Part shown: positions 28,341 through 37,696 of the stretch, piece after piece
Layout: every line of letters starts with the position of its first letter
Numbering within the stretch: the first letter of the stretch is position 1
Assembly: GCA_021791195.1 (NCBI GenBank)
Contig: JAJYXB010000017.1
Span: forward strand, 13,422 to 77,421
Origin: Actinomycetes bacterium
Lineage (GTDB): Bacteria > Actinomycetota > Thermoleophilia > BMS3ABIN01
Length of the DNA: 64,000 nt
Direction of reading: 5' to 3'
The notes under the pieces: generated by a model
Databases searched by the model: none
Told to the model about the DNA's origin: nothing
Seen by the model: the letters and a program-made list of their open reading frames with translations, nothing else
Position numbers and translations under genes: made by a program

Positions 28341-29261
28341 GTGTATCAAGAAATAGCAAAAAACAAGCGGCTCTCCTACCTGCTCATCGTGATCGTGACC
28401 GCCCTGCTGATCGTGCTCGGCTATGCGATCGGCTATGCCACGGGATTGGGCTGGTTCGGACTGGTGATCGCGCTGGCGATCGCTATCGGCCTTGGCCTGG
28501 CCAGCTATTTCCAGGGCGACAAGATGGTGCTGGCCGTCAGCCACGCCCGCCCGGTGACCCACGAAGACGCGCCGCAGCTTTACAATGTCGTCGAGGAGAT
28601 GGCGATCGCGTCCGGCAATCCGGTGCCGGCAGTCTACATCATTGACGATCCGGCGCCTAACGCCTTTGCGACTGGCCGGGACCCGCAGCATTCATCGATA
28701 GCCGTCACCTCGGGGCTGCTGGCGAAGATGAACCGGGAAGAACTGCAGGGCGTGGTAGCCCACGAGATGTCGCATGTGCGCAATTACGACATCCTTTTCG
28801 CCACGCTGGTCGGCATCATGGTGGGGGCGATCGCGCTCATGGCCGATTTCTTTCTGCGCTGGAGCATTTTTGGCGGCGCCCGCCGCAACGAGAACGACAA
28901 CAACGGCACGATCGGCGTCATCCTGCTGGTCGCCGCGCTGGTGCTGGCGATCCTGGCTCCCATCGCCGCCCGCATGGTGCAGCTGGCCATCTCGCGCAAG
29001 CGCGAATACCTGGCAGACGTGTCGGCGGTGAAGCTTACGCGCAACCCCAACGGGCTGGCCAGTGCGCTGGAGAAGATCGCCGCAGACAAAGAGGTGCTGG
29101 TGGAGGCCAACCGCGCTACGGCGCATCTCTATATCGCGCAGCCGATCAAGAAGTTCGAGAACCGTTCCCGCGGCCTGTTCGATACCCATCCACCGATTCA
29201 GGAGCGTATCCGCATCCTGCGGGCGATGGCCCACGAAGCGCCCGCGCCTGAGAGCGCCTGA
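28341..29261 (+). CDS. htpX: M48 zinc protease HtpX
   Basis: HEMSHVRNYD HExxH motif and 4 TM segments. Classic LemA-HtpX pairing. Confidence 0.85.
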   Translation: MYQEIAKNKRLSYLLIVIVTALLIVLGYAIGYATGLGWFGLVIALAIAIGLGLASYFQGDKMVLAVSHARPVTHEDAPQLYNVVEEMAIASGNPVPAVYIIDDPAPNAFATGRDPQHSSIAVTSGLLAKMNREELQGVVAHEMSHVRNYDILFATLVGIMVGAIALMADFFLRWSIFGGARRNENDNNGTIGVILLVAALVLAILAPIAARMVQLAISRKREYLADVSAVKLTRNPNGLASALEKIAADKEVLVEANRATAHLYIAQPIKKFENRSRGLFDTHPPIQERIRILRAMAHEAPAPESA

Positions 29262-29397
29262 AGTCTCGCCAGAGGCGCCAGGCTTCGCCAGGCACTGGTA
29301 TGCGGGGGCGCTTGTGTCCCGGACGGTTTCCAGATAAGATTGCCTCTCCCCCCGCACTCCCGGCAGAAAATCCGCTCCGTGGCAACAGGAGCAGCCA

Positions 29398-30050
29398 TGT
29401 CATATCCCTTGCTGAAAGACGTTTCCGGTGCGGTTGCCGCGCCGGCCGCCGACCCCGCCCTGTTCGACCACGAGCTGGTGGGCCTGCTGCTTGACAGGCC
29501 GGGCGGTGAACCGCTGGCAGTACTTTCAGAGCGCATTTTCAGCCTGTTCGCCGGCAGGGCGCTCTCGCCGGTGCCTTCCGAGGAGATCCGCGGCTGCGGC
29601 CTTTCCGGGCCGGAGGCCGACCGCCTGCTGGCGGCGATCGAGCTGGCCAAGAGGCTGTTGTGGCCTGACGATGGCCGCATCTGCATCCGCTCGCCCCAGG
29701 ATGTCTGCCGGGCGGCGGCCGCGATCCGCTCCGCCGGCAAGGAGCACTTCCTCGCGCTCTATCTCGATGCGCGCAACGTGCTCATCCATCAGGAAGTGGT
29801 GTCGATCGGCAGCCTGAACGCCAACATCGTGCACCCGCGGGAGGTATTCCGGCCGGCGATCGCCACCGGCGCCGCCGCGGTCATCCTTGCCCATAATCAC
29901 CCGTCGGGGGATATCTCGCCCAGCCAGGAAGATCTGAGCCTGACTGCCCGCATGGTCGATGCCGGCCGCCTGCTCGGCATAGAGGTGCTCGACCATGTCG
30001 TCATTTCCAGCAGCCGGTTTATCAGCTTCCGCAGCGAGTCATACATCTGA
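29398..30050 (+). CDS. radC: RadC-like JAB/MPN domain protein
   Basis: C-terminal JAMM motif ILAHNHPSGDISPSQED. Start taken at internal ATG MSYPLL; TTG at 29340 is also possible. Confidence 0.75.
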
Positions 30051-30083
30051 TATCCTTTACAAAGATGAAAAAATAGTCCCATT

Positions 30084-30386
30084 TGTGGAAAAACCGCTTG
30101 TCTCCTTGCGGCAACTTTTTTACCGCCGCCGTTTCCGGGCCTGCAATCCCGCCATAAACATTATTCATTAAGCTGTTTTCAAAAATGACGTGTTTTGCGG
30201 GCAGGTTGCTCAATGAAAGTGTTTTTGACTTTCTTTGTCGGGTTTTTTTGGCAAGGAGTTTTTAACCGTGCAAATCCTTTTTGGGACACGCCGGCGTGAA
30301 GTTATCCACACTTTCCACAGTTTTGCATAGGCCCGATTCGCGGCACCGGGGTGATGTTGACTTTGTGGAAAAAATGACTGTATACT
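30084..30386. promoter_or_regulatory. DnaA-box cluster, AT-rich stretch and sigma70-like promoter upstream of rpmH
   Basis: Perfect TTATCCACA at ~30302-30310 followed by CTTTCCACA. Two TGTGGAAAA boxes (~30084-30092, ~30364-30372). AT-rich run ~30170-30300. TTGACT(~30357)-18 nt-TATACT(~30381) promoter with a DnaA box in the spacer. Confidence 0.5.
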
Positions 30387-30417
30387 GTCAGGTCGTTAAT
30401 ATGTAAAGGAGATTCCT

Positions 30418-30552
30418 GTGAAGCGGACCTATCAGCCGAACACGAGGAAAAGGAAGAAAACACACGGTTTCCGGATCCGGATGAGCACGAAGGCCGGCCG
30501 CCGTTTGCTCAAGCGCCGCCGCGACAAGGGCCGGAAGAGGTTATCGGCATAG
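30418..30552 (+). CDS. rpmH: 50S ribosomal protein L34
   Basis: [47 protein letters not shown] start, AAAGGAG RBS. Confidence 0.9.
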   Translation: MKRTYQPNTRKRKKTHGFRIRMSTKAGRRLLKRRRDKGRKRLSA

Positions 30553-30569
30553 GAACCGGCACGTTTTCG

Positions 30570-30935
30570 GTGGACAAGAAGCACCGTCTCACCAGGTCGG
30601 CGGATTTCCAGCGGGTCTACCGCCAGGGGAAATCCGTGGCCGGCCGGCACATGGTCCTATATTACTTTGAAAGGCCCACGGAGAGTCCGGCTGATCCCCG
30701 GCTGGGGCTCACGGTATCGAAGAAGATCGGCGTGGCCGTGGTGCGCAACCGTGTCAAGCGGGTGCTGAAAGAGGCCTTCCATCAGTTTCAGGAAGATGTC
30801 GCGCCGGGCTACGATTATGTAATTATTGCCCGTTCCGGGCTGGCGGAGTATGTAGAAAAAAGCCAGTTTGAAGCCATCGTGACCGCGATGGCGGACCTGT
30901 TCCGGCGGGCTGACCTAATCCAGGAAGCAGAATAA
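30570..30935 (+). CDS. rnpA: ribonuclease P protein component
   Basis: ...HRLTRSADFQRVYRQGK...NRVKRVLKEAF... RnpA signature. GTG start. Follows rpmH. Confidence 0.9.
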   Translation: MDKKHRLTRSADFQRVYRQGKSVAGRHMVLYYFERPTESPADPRLGLTVSKKIGVAVVRNRVKRVLKEAFHQFQEDVAPGYDYVIIARSGLAEYVEKSQFEAIVTAMADLFRRADLIQEAE

Positions 30936-30936
30936 C

Positions 30937-31158
30937 TTGAAGCGAATACCAATCTTGCTGATCGGCTTTTATCAGAAGCTGATTTCACCGCTGTTTCCCC
31001 AACGTTGCAAATATCATCCCTCCTGCTCGAACTATGCAATCGATGCTTTCAGGGAATGGGGTTTTTTCCGCGGCCTGGCGCTGTCAGTGTGGCGCGTCTT
31101 GCGCTGCAATCCCTTCTCGCTGGGCGGCTTTGACCCGGTCAGGAAGAGGCAGCCGTGA
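30937..31158 (+). CDS. yidD: membrane protein insertion efficiency factor YidD
   Basis: CKYHPSCSNYAIDA...RCNPFSLGGFDPV. Confidence 0.85.
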   Translation: MKRIPILLIGFYQKLISPLFPQRCKYHPSCSNYAIDAFREWGFFRGLALSVWRVLRCNPFSLGGFDPVRKRQP

Positions 31159-31883
31159 CCGACGCTCTTGCTTTCCTGATCAATCCGCTTCGGCAGATAC
31201 TTTTCTTCCTGCATAACAACCTCGGCCTGTCGTATGCGCTGGGGATCATCGTCATGACCATCGCGCTGAGGCTCATCCTCACGCCCCTGACCATCAAGCA
31301 ATATACGGCGATGCGGGCGATGCAGAAGATCCAGCCGCTGATGAAAGAGCTGCAGGCGAAGTTCAAGGACGACCGGCAAAAGCTGAACGAAGAGACGATG
31401 AAGCTTTACCGGGAGCACAAGGTAAATCCTTTCGGCTCCTGCCTGCCGATGCTGATCCAGCTGCCGATCACCATGGCGCTCTATTACATGATCCGCAGCC
31501 AGCCTTTCACCACCGACAACTCATTCCTCTGGATCAGCAACATCAACGACCCTGACAGGATCCTGCTGGTCTTCTATGTGCTCAGCCAGCTGGGCTCCAG
31601 CCTGATGCTCACCACCACCACCGACAAGTCCCAGCGCATGCTGATGCTGATCATGCCAGTGGCCATCGGTTTCCTGGTGATTGGATTCCCGGCCGGGGCG
31701 CTGCTGTTCTGGGTGACGTCCAATCTGCTGATGCTGGGCCAGCAGCTGATCGTGCGGGAAGTAATCAAGGGCAGGGAGGCTCGTGAAGAGCTGGCGATTG
31801 AGCCGGCTCCTGAGCCACCTCAGCCAAAGACCGGAGGCAAGCCGCATGCAGGAAAACCAAAATCAAAAAAGAAACGCCGCTGA
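31155..31883 (+). CDS. yidC: membrane protein insertase YidC (short Gram-positive type)
   Basis: 242 aa, 5 TM helices, ...LTPLTIKQY...MQKIQPLMKELQAKFKDD... YidC/Oxa1 core. Lys-rich tail. Confidence 0.85.
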   Translation: MTDALAFLINPLRQILFFLHNNLGLSYALGIIVMTIALRLILTPLTIKQYTAMRAMQKIQPLMKELQAKFKDDRQKLNEETMKLYREHKVNPFGSCLPMLIQLPITMALYYMIRSQPFTTDNSFLWISNINDPDRILLVFYVLSQLGSSLMLTTTTDKSQRMLMLIMPVAIGFLVIGFPAGALLFWVTSNLLMLGQQLIVREVIKGREAREELAIEPAPEPPQPKTGGKPHAGKPKSKKKRR

Positions 31884-32628
31884 GGCCAAGGTAATCGGCA
31901 GCGGCAAGACGGTCGTGGAAGCCCAGGCTGACGCGCTGGCGAAGCTGGAGGCGGTGGCTGGACCCTTCCGCAAGGACGAAGTCGAGCTGATCGTCCTCTC
32001 AGAGGGTTCGAAAGGCTTTTTGGGGATGGGTTCCGCCATGGCGGAGGTCGAGGCGTCCCTGCCTGGCCCCGAAGCGAGCCAGCCGGAACCGGAGTTCTTC
32101 GACGAGGTCCTGGCCGACGAGCCTCAGCCTTTCATGACCGAGCGGGCGGAGAAGGAAGAGGATTTTCAGCCGGCCGGCGCGGAGGCCGAAGCCCGGCTGG
32201 AGGAATTCCTGCGGCAGATTCTGGAAGGGATCGGCCTGGAGGCCAGCGTGGTGGTGGCGGATGAGTACGAGGCGCTGGTGGGCAACATCACCGGGGAAGA
32301 CCTCGGGCTGCTCATCGGCCGTCACGGCCAGACCATAGATGCCATCCAGTATCTGGCCAACATCGCCGTGTTCCGGGGAACTCCCGATCGCAAGCGGGTA
32401 GTTGTCGACGCCGAAGACTACCGCGAACGCCGCGCCGAGGTACTGAAATCCCTGGCCGAACGGGGCGCCAGCGAGGTTTTGAGCGGCAAGCCGCAATATG
32501 AACTGAAACCGATGAGCGCCGCCGAGCGGAGGGTCATCCACATGTATCTGCAGGACCGCAAAGGCATCGATACCATCAGCGAGGGCAGCGACCCATTCCG
32601 CCGGGTGATCATCACCCGCTCAGCGTAA
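31846..32628 (+). CDS. jag: Jag/KhpB-like RNA-binding protein (KH + R3H domains)
   Basis: C-terminal R3H motif ...SAAERRVIHMYLQ...DTISEGSDPFRRVII. Position after yidC. Confidence 0.7.
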   Translation: MQENQNQKRNAAEAKVIGSGKTVVEAQADALAKLEAVAGPFRKDEVELIVLSEGSKGFLGMGSAMAEVEASLPGPEASQPEPEFFDEVLADEPQPFMTERAEKEEDFQPAGAEAEARLEEFLRQILEGIGLEASVVVADEYEALVGNITGEDLGLLIGRHGQTIDAIQYLANIAVFRGTPDRKRVVVDAEDYRERRAEVLKSLAERGASEVLSGKPQYELKPMSAAERRVIHMYLQDRKGIDTISEGSDPFRRVIITRSA

Positions 32629-32639
32629 TAGGAACCTGC

Positions 32640-32846
32640 TTATTCTGCCGGGTAGCCGGCTTCGGCCAGCGCCTTTCTGATCTCGTCCAGCGAAACGGCG
32701 CTTTCATCGTAGCTGATGTCGACCGCCTTCGTCTGGGGGTCGGCGCTTATCGACTTCACCCCGCCGAGCGATCCGCCGGCGTTTTCCACAGCCATCTTGC
32801 AATGGCCGCATGACATCTTTGGAACATTCAGCGTTACTTTCTGCAT
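32640..32846 (-). CDS. copZ: heavy-metal-associated copper chaperone CopZ-like
   Basis: MQKVTLNVPKMSCGHCKMAVE with the MxCxxC HMA motif. ~68 aa. GGAGGA RBS. Confidence 0.75.
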   Translation of the reverse strand: MQKVTLNVPKMSCGHCKMAVENAGGSLGGVKSISADPQTKAVDISYDESAVSLDEIRKALAEAGYPAE

Positions 32847-33042
32847 GGCTTCCTCCATTCTTAGACGGCGGCCTGCGTCCCGACCAGACATGCCGCCCGA
32901 AATATTTTTCTGACAGAGAGGATAGCAGAGCCCGATGTAGAAAAAGAAGGCTCGATGAGGGATTCCCGGCGGGAAAGCGGGAAAGCGGGAAAGGGCCGGC
33001 GTCGTGGGGCCCGGGCAGCAAGACTATCCAGAAAGGACCAGG

Positions 33043-33261
33043 ATGTTCAGCGATAATGTTTTTAAAGGTTTTCAGTTGCATCGCGGCCTGCAATTGGCCA
33101 AGGTGCCCTGTTCGTGGTGCGGAGAGGAAGTGCCACTGCCAGCGGGAGATTTCAGCGGCGTGTGCATCGAATGCGGTACCGTGATGTTCCGCGGTTCCCG
33201 TCGCGCTTCTCTGGCCAGCGGAAGCCGGGAGGCGGATTATATCCCGGCGCCGGCTGTCTAG
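33043..33261 (+). CDS. hypothetical small zinc-ribbon protein
   Basis: Two CxxC pairs (CSWCG...CIECG). No family recognised. Start uncertain. Confidence 0.3.
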   Translation: MFSDNVFKGFQLHRGLQLAKVPCSWCGEEVPLPAGDFSGVCIECGTVMFRGSRRASLASGSREADYIPAPAV

Positions 33262-33412
33262 CCGGCCGCAGCAGACAGAAAACCAGGCACTTGCGGAAGG
33301 CCGCCCGCGCGGGCGGCCTTCCGCTGCCTGAAAACGGCACGCATGCCAGCGCCCACTGCTGCGGGCATGATACAATCCTTCCCGGGAGCCTGCCCCCTTT
33401 TTCGCAATTGAC

Positions 33413-34405
33413 TTGCCTGATAATTCGCCTAAAAAACAGTTTCTGTCCGACCTGACCGGCGGCGCCGCAGTCGATGATGTCTTCTATGTCGTCGAGGCCG
33501 CACGTCGTTTGACCCGCGACGGCCGTCCCTTTCTGGCCCTGAAACTGAGTGACCGCAGCGGCGTTTGCGAGGCCAGGGCCTGGGATGATGTGATCGGCAT
33601 GGAGTCCTGCCTGAGGCCCGACAGGTTTGCCCGGATACGCGGGCGAGCAGAGCTGTACCGCGGCCGGCCGCAGGTCATTATCAGGCAGGCCGGGGCTGTG
33701 AGCGGCGCCCTGCTCGATCAGCGCGACTTCCTCCCCAGCACCTACCGCAGCATCGAAGAACTCTCCGGATTCCTCACTTACTTTCTGACCGAGGTCTTCG
33801 ACAGCGATTACCGCGCGCTGCTGGAGTCATTTTTCGGGGACGGGCAGTTCATGGAACGGTTTTGCCTTGCTCCCGGGCACGAGCGTTCGCATCATGCATA
33901 CCTGGGCGGGCTGCTGGAGCACACAGTATCGGTGGTGACGCTCTGTCAGCATACGGCGCTGCAGCATCCGCGTCTGAACAGCGACCTGCTCATTACCGCG
34001 GCGCTGCTGCACGATATTGGCAAGACGGAAGAATTTTGCTACGAAGGACGCATCAGCCTGAGCCAGGAAGGCCGGCTGCTGGGACATGTGCTTATCGGCC
34101 AGCGGATGATCGGGCAACGTCTGCGCCAGCAGCCGGAGCCCTTCCCCCGCGAAAAGGAACTGCAGCTGATGCACGCCGTGATCAGCCATCATGGTGAGCT
34201 GGAATGGGGGGCGCCAAAAAGGCCGCAAAGCGGGGAAGCGCTGGTGCTGCACCACATCGACAATCTCGATGCCCGCACCAAGGGTTTCTTCGAGGTGATC
34301 GAGGGGAGAGGCGAGCTTTCCTGGCCTGAGGTCAAGAACTACTTCCGCCGGCCGCTGGATGCGCCGCTGGCAGCAGACAGGGAAACCGGTCCGGGCGCGA
34401 GGTAG
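33413..34405 (+). CDS. HD-domain 3'-5' exoribonuclease-like protein with N-terminal OB fold (YhaM-like)
   Basis: OB-fold N-terminus. HD motif ...HHAYLGGLLEHT...LLHDIGK... Confidence 0.65.
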   Translation: MPDNSPKKQFLSDLTGGAAVDDVFYVVEAARRLTRDGRPFLALKLSDRSGVCEARAWDDVIGMESCLRPDRFARIRGRAELYRGRPQVIIRQAGAVSGALLDQRDFLPSTYRSIEELSGFLTYFLTEVFDSDYRALLESFFGDGQFMERFCLAPGHERSHHAYLGGLLEHTVSVVTLCQHTALQHPRLNSDLLITAALLHDIGKTEEFCYEGRISLSQEGRLLGHVLIGQRMIGQRLRQQPEPFPREKELQLMHAVISHHGELEWGAPKRPQSGEALVLHHIDNLDARTKGFFEVIEGRGELSWPEVKNYFRRPLDAPLAADRETGPGAR

Positions 34406-34423
34406 CGCCGCTCCGGCCGCGCC

Positions 34424-35467
34424 CTAATACTCTTCCTTCAGCGATTCCTCGATCTGCTTTTCGACTTCGTCCCCGAGTTTGGGGCTGTCGGGTTTCCCAT
34501 GCTTGCGGGCCTTGTCGGCCTCGGTTTCGATGAATGTCTCGCCGCTGACCATGGCATCGAACGCCTTTGCCTTGAGGCGGTCGCGGGTTTCGTTGATGCG
34601 GCGGCGCATCTCATCCTGGTCGAGTCTGGACGGCTGCGGCCGTTCGGGCTCCCGGGGGGCCTCGTCGACGGGTTGGACTTCCCCGATCGTCGGTTCTCCC
34701 TCGGCGGGAGTCCTCAGCGCATCGAATTCACCGGATGCGGTTTCTCCTGCCTCTTCCGTCCGGCCGTGCTCCTGCGCCAGTTCGGCCAGAGTCTGACCTT
34801 TGGGGAACCTGCCGCTCGCTTCCTGCTCGACTTCAATTTCGGCTTCCTGCTGGCGTGAGATCTCTTCCGCGAAGGCGCTCTCGTCCTGGGCCGCGGCGAG
34901 CTCCTCCTCCGCCAGGGCCGCTTCAGCTTCCTCCGAAGGGAACTCAACCGCCGCCTCCGGCTCCGGCTCGGCTTCTGCCACCTCTTCCGCCTCTGGCTCC
35001 GCTTCCGGCTCGGCTTCTGCCACCTCTTCCGCCTCTGGCTCCGCTTCTAACACTGCTTCCGCCACCGGTACTTCTACGGGCACGGCTGCTTCGGGCTGCG
35101 GAGTCGCCGGCGGCTCGGCCGCTTCAACGGGCGCTTCTTCCACGACGAAATCTTCCTCTATCATCGCGGCCTCGGTTACTTCAACCAGCGCTTCTTCAAC
35201 AGGTGCGGCCGGGGCTGCGGCAGCCGTGGAAGCAAGCTGCGACTCGACCTGGCGCCTGGTCTCCTCGATTCTCGACTCCAGGCTGACTTCTCCGGCTGCA
35301 ACCGGCCCGCCGGGAGCGGGAGCGGTGGAAGGCTGCGGCGGGGGCAAAGCCGGCCGGCCGCCGCCCATGAACATGCGCCGCATCTCGCGGCCGGTCTTGG
35401 GCGCGAACATCAATGCGAGACCGGCGCCGATGACGCCGCCGAAGAGGAATTTGGTAAACCTTGGCAT
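34424..35467 (-). CDS. YtxH-domain protein with long acidic EAEP-type low-complexity repeats
   Basis: N-terminal FGGVIGAGLALMFAPKTGREMRR (YtxH). Central tandem EAEEVAEAEPEAEP repeats. Coiled-coil ends. Confidence 0.5.
   Translation of the reverse strand: MPRFTKFLFGGVIGAGLALMFAPKTGREMRRMFMGGGRPALPPPQPSTAPAPGGPVAAGEVSLESRIEETRRQVESQLASTAAAAPAAPVEEALVEVTEAAMIEEDFVVEEAPVEAAEPPATPQPEAAVPVEVPVAEAVLEAEPEAEEVAEAEPEAEPEAEEVAEAEPEPEAAVEFPSEEAEAALAEEELAAAQDESAFAEEISRQQEAEIEVEQEASGRFPKGQTLAELAQEHGRTEEAGETASGEFDALRTPAEGEPTIGEVQPVDEAPREPERPQPSRLDQDEMRRRINETRDRLKAKAFDAMVSGETFIETEADKARKHGKPDSPKLGDEVEKQIEESLKEEY
34960..35050. repeat. in-frame ~45-nt direct tandem repeat (x2) inside the acidic repeat gene
   Basis: CCGGCTCGGCTTCTGCCACCTCTTCCGCCTCTGGCTCCGCTTC repeated back to back. 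Confidence 0.55.
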
Positions 35468-35552
35468 CAGTGATCAAACCTCCAGCTTGAAATCGGATTT
35501 CATCTTAATATCTGTTTCGGTAAAAAGAAAGAAATCCCGAAAGACCTGCCGA

Positions 35553-36887
35553 TTATCCGCCGCTACTGTCTTTACGTCCCAGTTCTCTAATTCTCCGCGC
35601 CAGCTCCTTCTCAAACCCGCGGTCGACCGGTTCGTAATAACTGCGCCGGGCCATTCCGGGCGGGAAGTATTCCTGTTTTACGTGACCGCCTGGGTAGCTG
35701 TGGGGATACCTGTAATCCTTGCCGTGACCCAGCTTCTTCGCGCCGGGATAGTGCGCGTCGCGCAGGTGCTTCGGCGGCCGTTTCGTGCCTTCCGTCTCCA
35801 CGTCGCGCATCGCCGCGCCGATTGCCCGTGTGGAGGCGTTGCTCTTCGGCGCCAGCGCCAGGTAGGCAACCCCGTGCGCCAGGTTGAGCTGGCATTCAGG
35901 CAGCCCCACGAACTCCACGGCGCGCGAGATCGCGGTGGCGAGCAGCAGGGCTTGCGGATCGGCATTGCCGACGTCCTCCGAGGCGAAGATGATCATCCGC
36001 CGGGCGATGAACTTGGGGTCCTCTCCGCCGGCAAGCATGACTGCCAGCCAGTAGATGGCGGCGTCGGCGTCGCTGCCGCGCATGCTCTTGATGAACGCGG
36101 AGATGGCATCGTAGTGCAGGTCGCCGCCCTTTTGATAAAAAACAGGCTTGCGGCTGATCGCCTCCTCCACGGTTGCCAGCGGGATGGTCTGGCTGCCCGG
36201 CGCATTCAGCCCCGCGGCTGCTTCCAGGATGATCAGGGCGGCGCGGGCATCGCCGGCGCTGGCTCTGGCGATCGCCTCGATGCCGCTTTTTTCCAGCTTC
36301 AGCCGGGTCTTGCCCAGACCGCGTTCGCGGTCGGCCAGCGCGCGCTCGATGATCTGCTTCATGGCCGTCCCGCTCAGCGTCTGGAACTCGAACAGCTCGC
36401 AGCGGGAGATCAGCGGGCCGATGACCTCGAAGTAGGGGTTCTCAGTCGTGGCGCCGATCAGCGTGACCACGCCGCTTTCGACTACAGGCAGCAGGGCGTC
36501 CTGCTGCGCCTTGCTGAAGCGGTGGATCTCGTCGACGAACAGGATGGTGGGATGCTGGTGGAATTTAAGCTCGTCCCCGGCTTCGGCGAAGACGCGGCGC
36601 AGGTCCGCGACGCCTGAGCTGACGGCGCTTGCCTGGCGGAAATTTGCTTTCGACTGGCGGGCGATGATGCGCGCCAGGCTGGTCTTGCCGCTGCCGGGCG
36701 GCCCGAAGAATATCATCGACGGCAGGCGGTCGGACTCAATCGCCTGCCGGAGGGCGCCGCCGGGCGCCAGGATCTCTTCCTGACCGGCGAACTCGTCGAG
36801 CGTCACCGGCCGCATCCGGTAGGCCAGCGGTGCAAAGCCGTCCGGGACTTCCTCGTTTTGCAGGTTAAAAAGGGTGGGCTCGCTCAT
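35553..36887 (-). CDS. rarA: replication-associated recombination protein A (AAA+ ATPase RarA/MgsA)
   Basis: MIFFGPPGSGKTSLARIIA Walker A, FVDEIHRF Walker B, C-terminal MgsA domains. 444 aa. Confidence 0.9.
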   Translation of the reverse strand: MSEPTLFNLQNEEVPDGFAPLAYRMRPVTLDEFAGQEEILAPGGALRQAIESDRLPSMIFFGPPGSGKTSLARIIARQSKANFRQASAVSSGVADLRRVFAEAGDELKFHQHPTILFVDEIHRFSKAQQDALLPVVESGVVTLIGATTENPYFEVIGPLISRCELFEFQTLSGTAMKQIIERALADRERGLGKTRLKLEKSGIEAIARASAGDARAALIILEAAAGLNAPGSQTIPLATVEEAISRKPVFYQKGGDLHYDAISAFIKSMRGSDADAAIYWLAVMLAGGEDPKFIARRMIIFASEDVGNADPQALLLATAISRAVEFVGLPECQLNLAHGVAYLALAPKSNASTRAIGAAMRDVETEGTKRPPKHLRDAHYPGAKKLGHGKDYRYPHSYPGGHVKQEYFPPGMARRSYYEPVDRGFEKELARRIRELGRKDSSGG

Positions 36888-37004
36888 ACTCAGATTCTAG
36901 CACGCCGTTGCCGGGCGTCCTATGGCGCCTGCTTTCTTGCCAGCCGTCGCTCCGAGGACTAGAATTTCTGGCAGAAGTCACTCCGCAGGAAGGAACCAAA
37001 CTTC

Positions 37005-37511
37005 ATGGGCGAACAGGTGCTGGTGCTCAATGCCACGTACGAGCCGCTCAACGTGTGCACGGCCAGGAGAGCGATTGTGTTGATGCTCAAACACAAGGCT
37101 GAGGTATTGGAAGTCTCCGGCAGGCAGTATCACACCACCGGGCAGGCTTTTTCCGTCCCCGATGTCATCAAGCTCAATTATTTCGTCCGTGTTCCCCGCG
37201 GGAACATGCGCAAGGTGTCGCGGCGGGCGGTGCTGGCGCGCGACAACCACTCCTGCCAGTACTGCGGCTCGCGGACACATCTGACGATCGATCACGTCAT
37301 TCCGCGCAGCCGCGGCGGCGAGACCTCATGGGAGAACATCGTCACCTCGTGCGCGCCGTGCAATGCCCGCAAGGGCAACAGGCTGCCGCGGGAAGCGGGT
37401 ATGCATCCGCGTACGAAACCGCGGTCGCCCGAACCGCTTGCTTACATTTTTCTGACCGTCTCCGAGATCAGGCGCTCGTGGCGGCGCTATCTGGAGTATG
37501 CAACTGCCTGA
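37005..37511 (+). CDS. HNH endonuclease family protein
   Basis: CQYCGSR...IDHVIPRSRGGETSWENIVTSCAPCNARK HNH/Zn-finger motif. Confidence 0.8.
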   Translation: MGEQVLVLNATYEPLNVCTARRAIVLMLKHKAEVLEVSGRQYHTTGQAFSVPDVIKLNYFVRVPRGNMRKVSRRAVLARDNHSCQYCGSRTHLTIDHVIPRSRGGETSWENIVTSCAPCNARKGNRLPREAGMHPRTKPRSPEPLAYIFLTVSEIRRSWRRYLEYATA

Positions 37512-37696
37512 CGCGCCAGCGATGTGGGTTGACACCCGGTCAATTCCTGATTAGTCTGTTTGCCGGGTGATTTTTGTGAGACATCCGCCGGTGACCCCCC
37601 CGCGGGGGGAAGCCCGCTTTTGGAAACGTCTGGGAAACGGAGCAGGATGCATGACATGCGAAACGTGAAACCCGCCACGACGAGGGCGAGGACAAG

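Noticed and set aside
30937-31158. Possible frameshift or overlap problem between yidD and yidC
   Set aside because: The 4-bp overlap with a GTG start is a normal translational-coupling arrangement.
32960-33000. GGGAAAGC x3 microrepeat upstream of the zinc-ribbon ORF
   Set aside because: Too short and isolated to interpret. Likely simple slippage sequence.
34800-36617. 605-aa plus-strand ORF
   Set aside because: Antisense to the acidic-repeat gene and rarA. Extreme Ser/Ala low complexity generated by the repeat.
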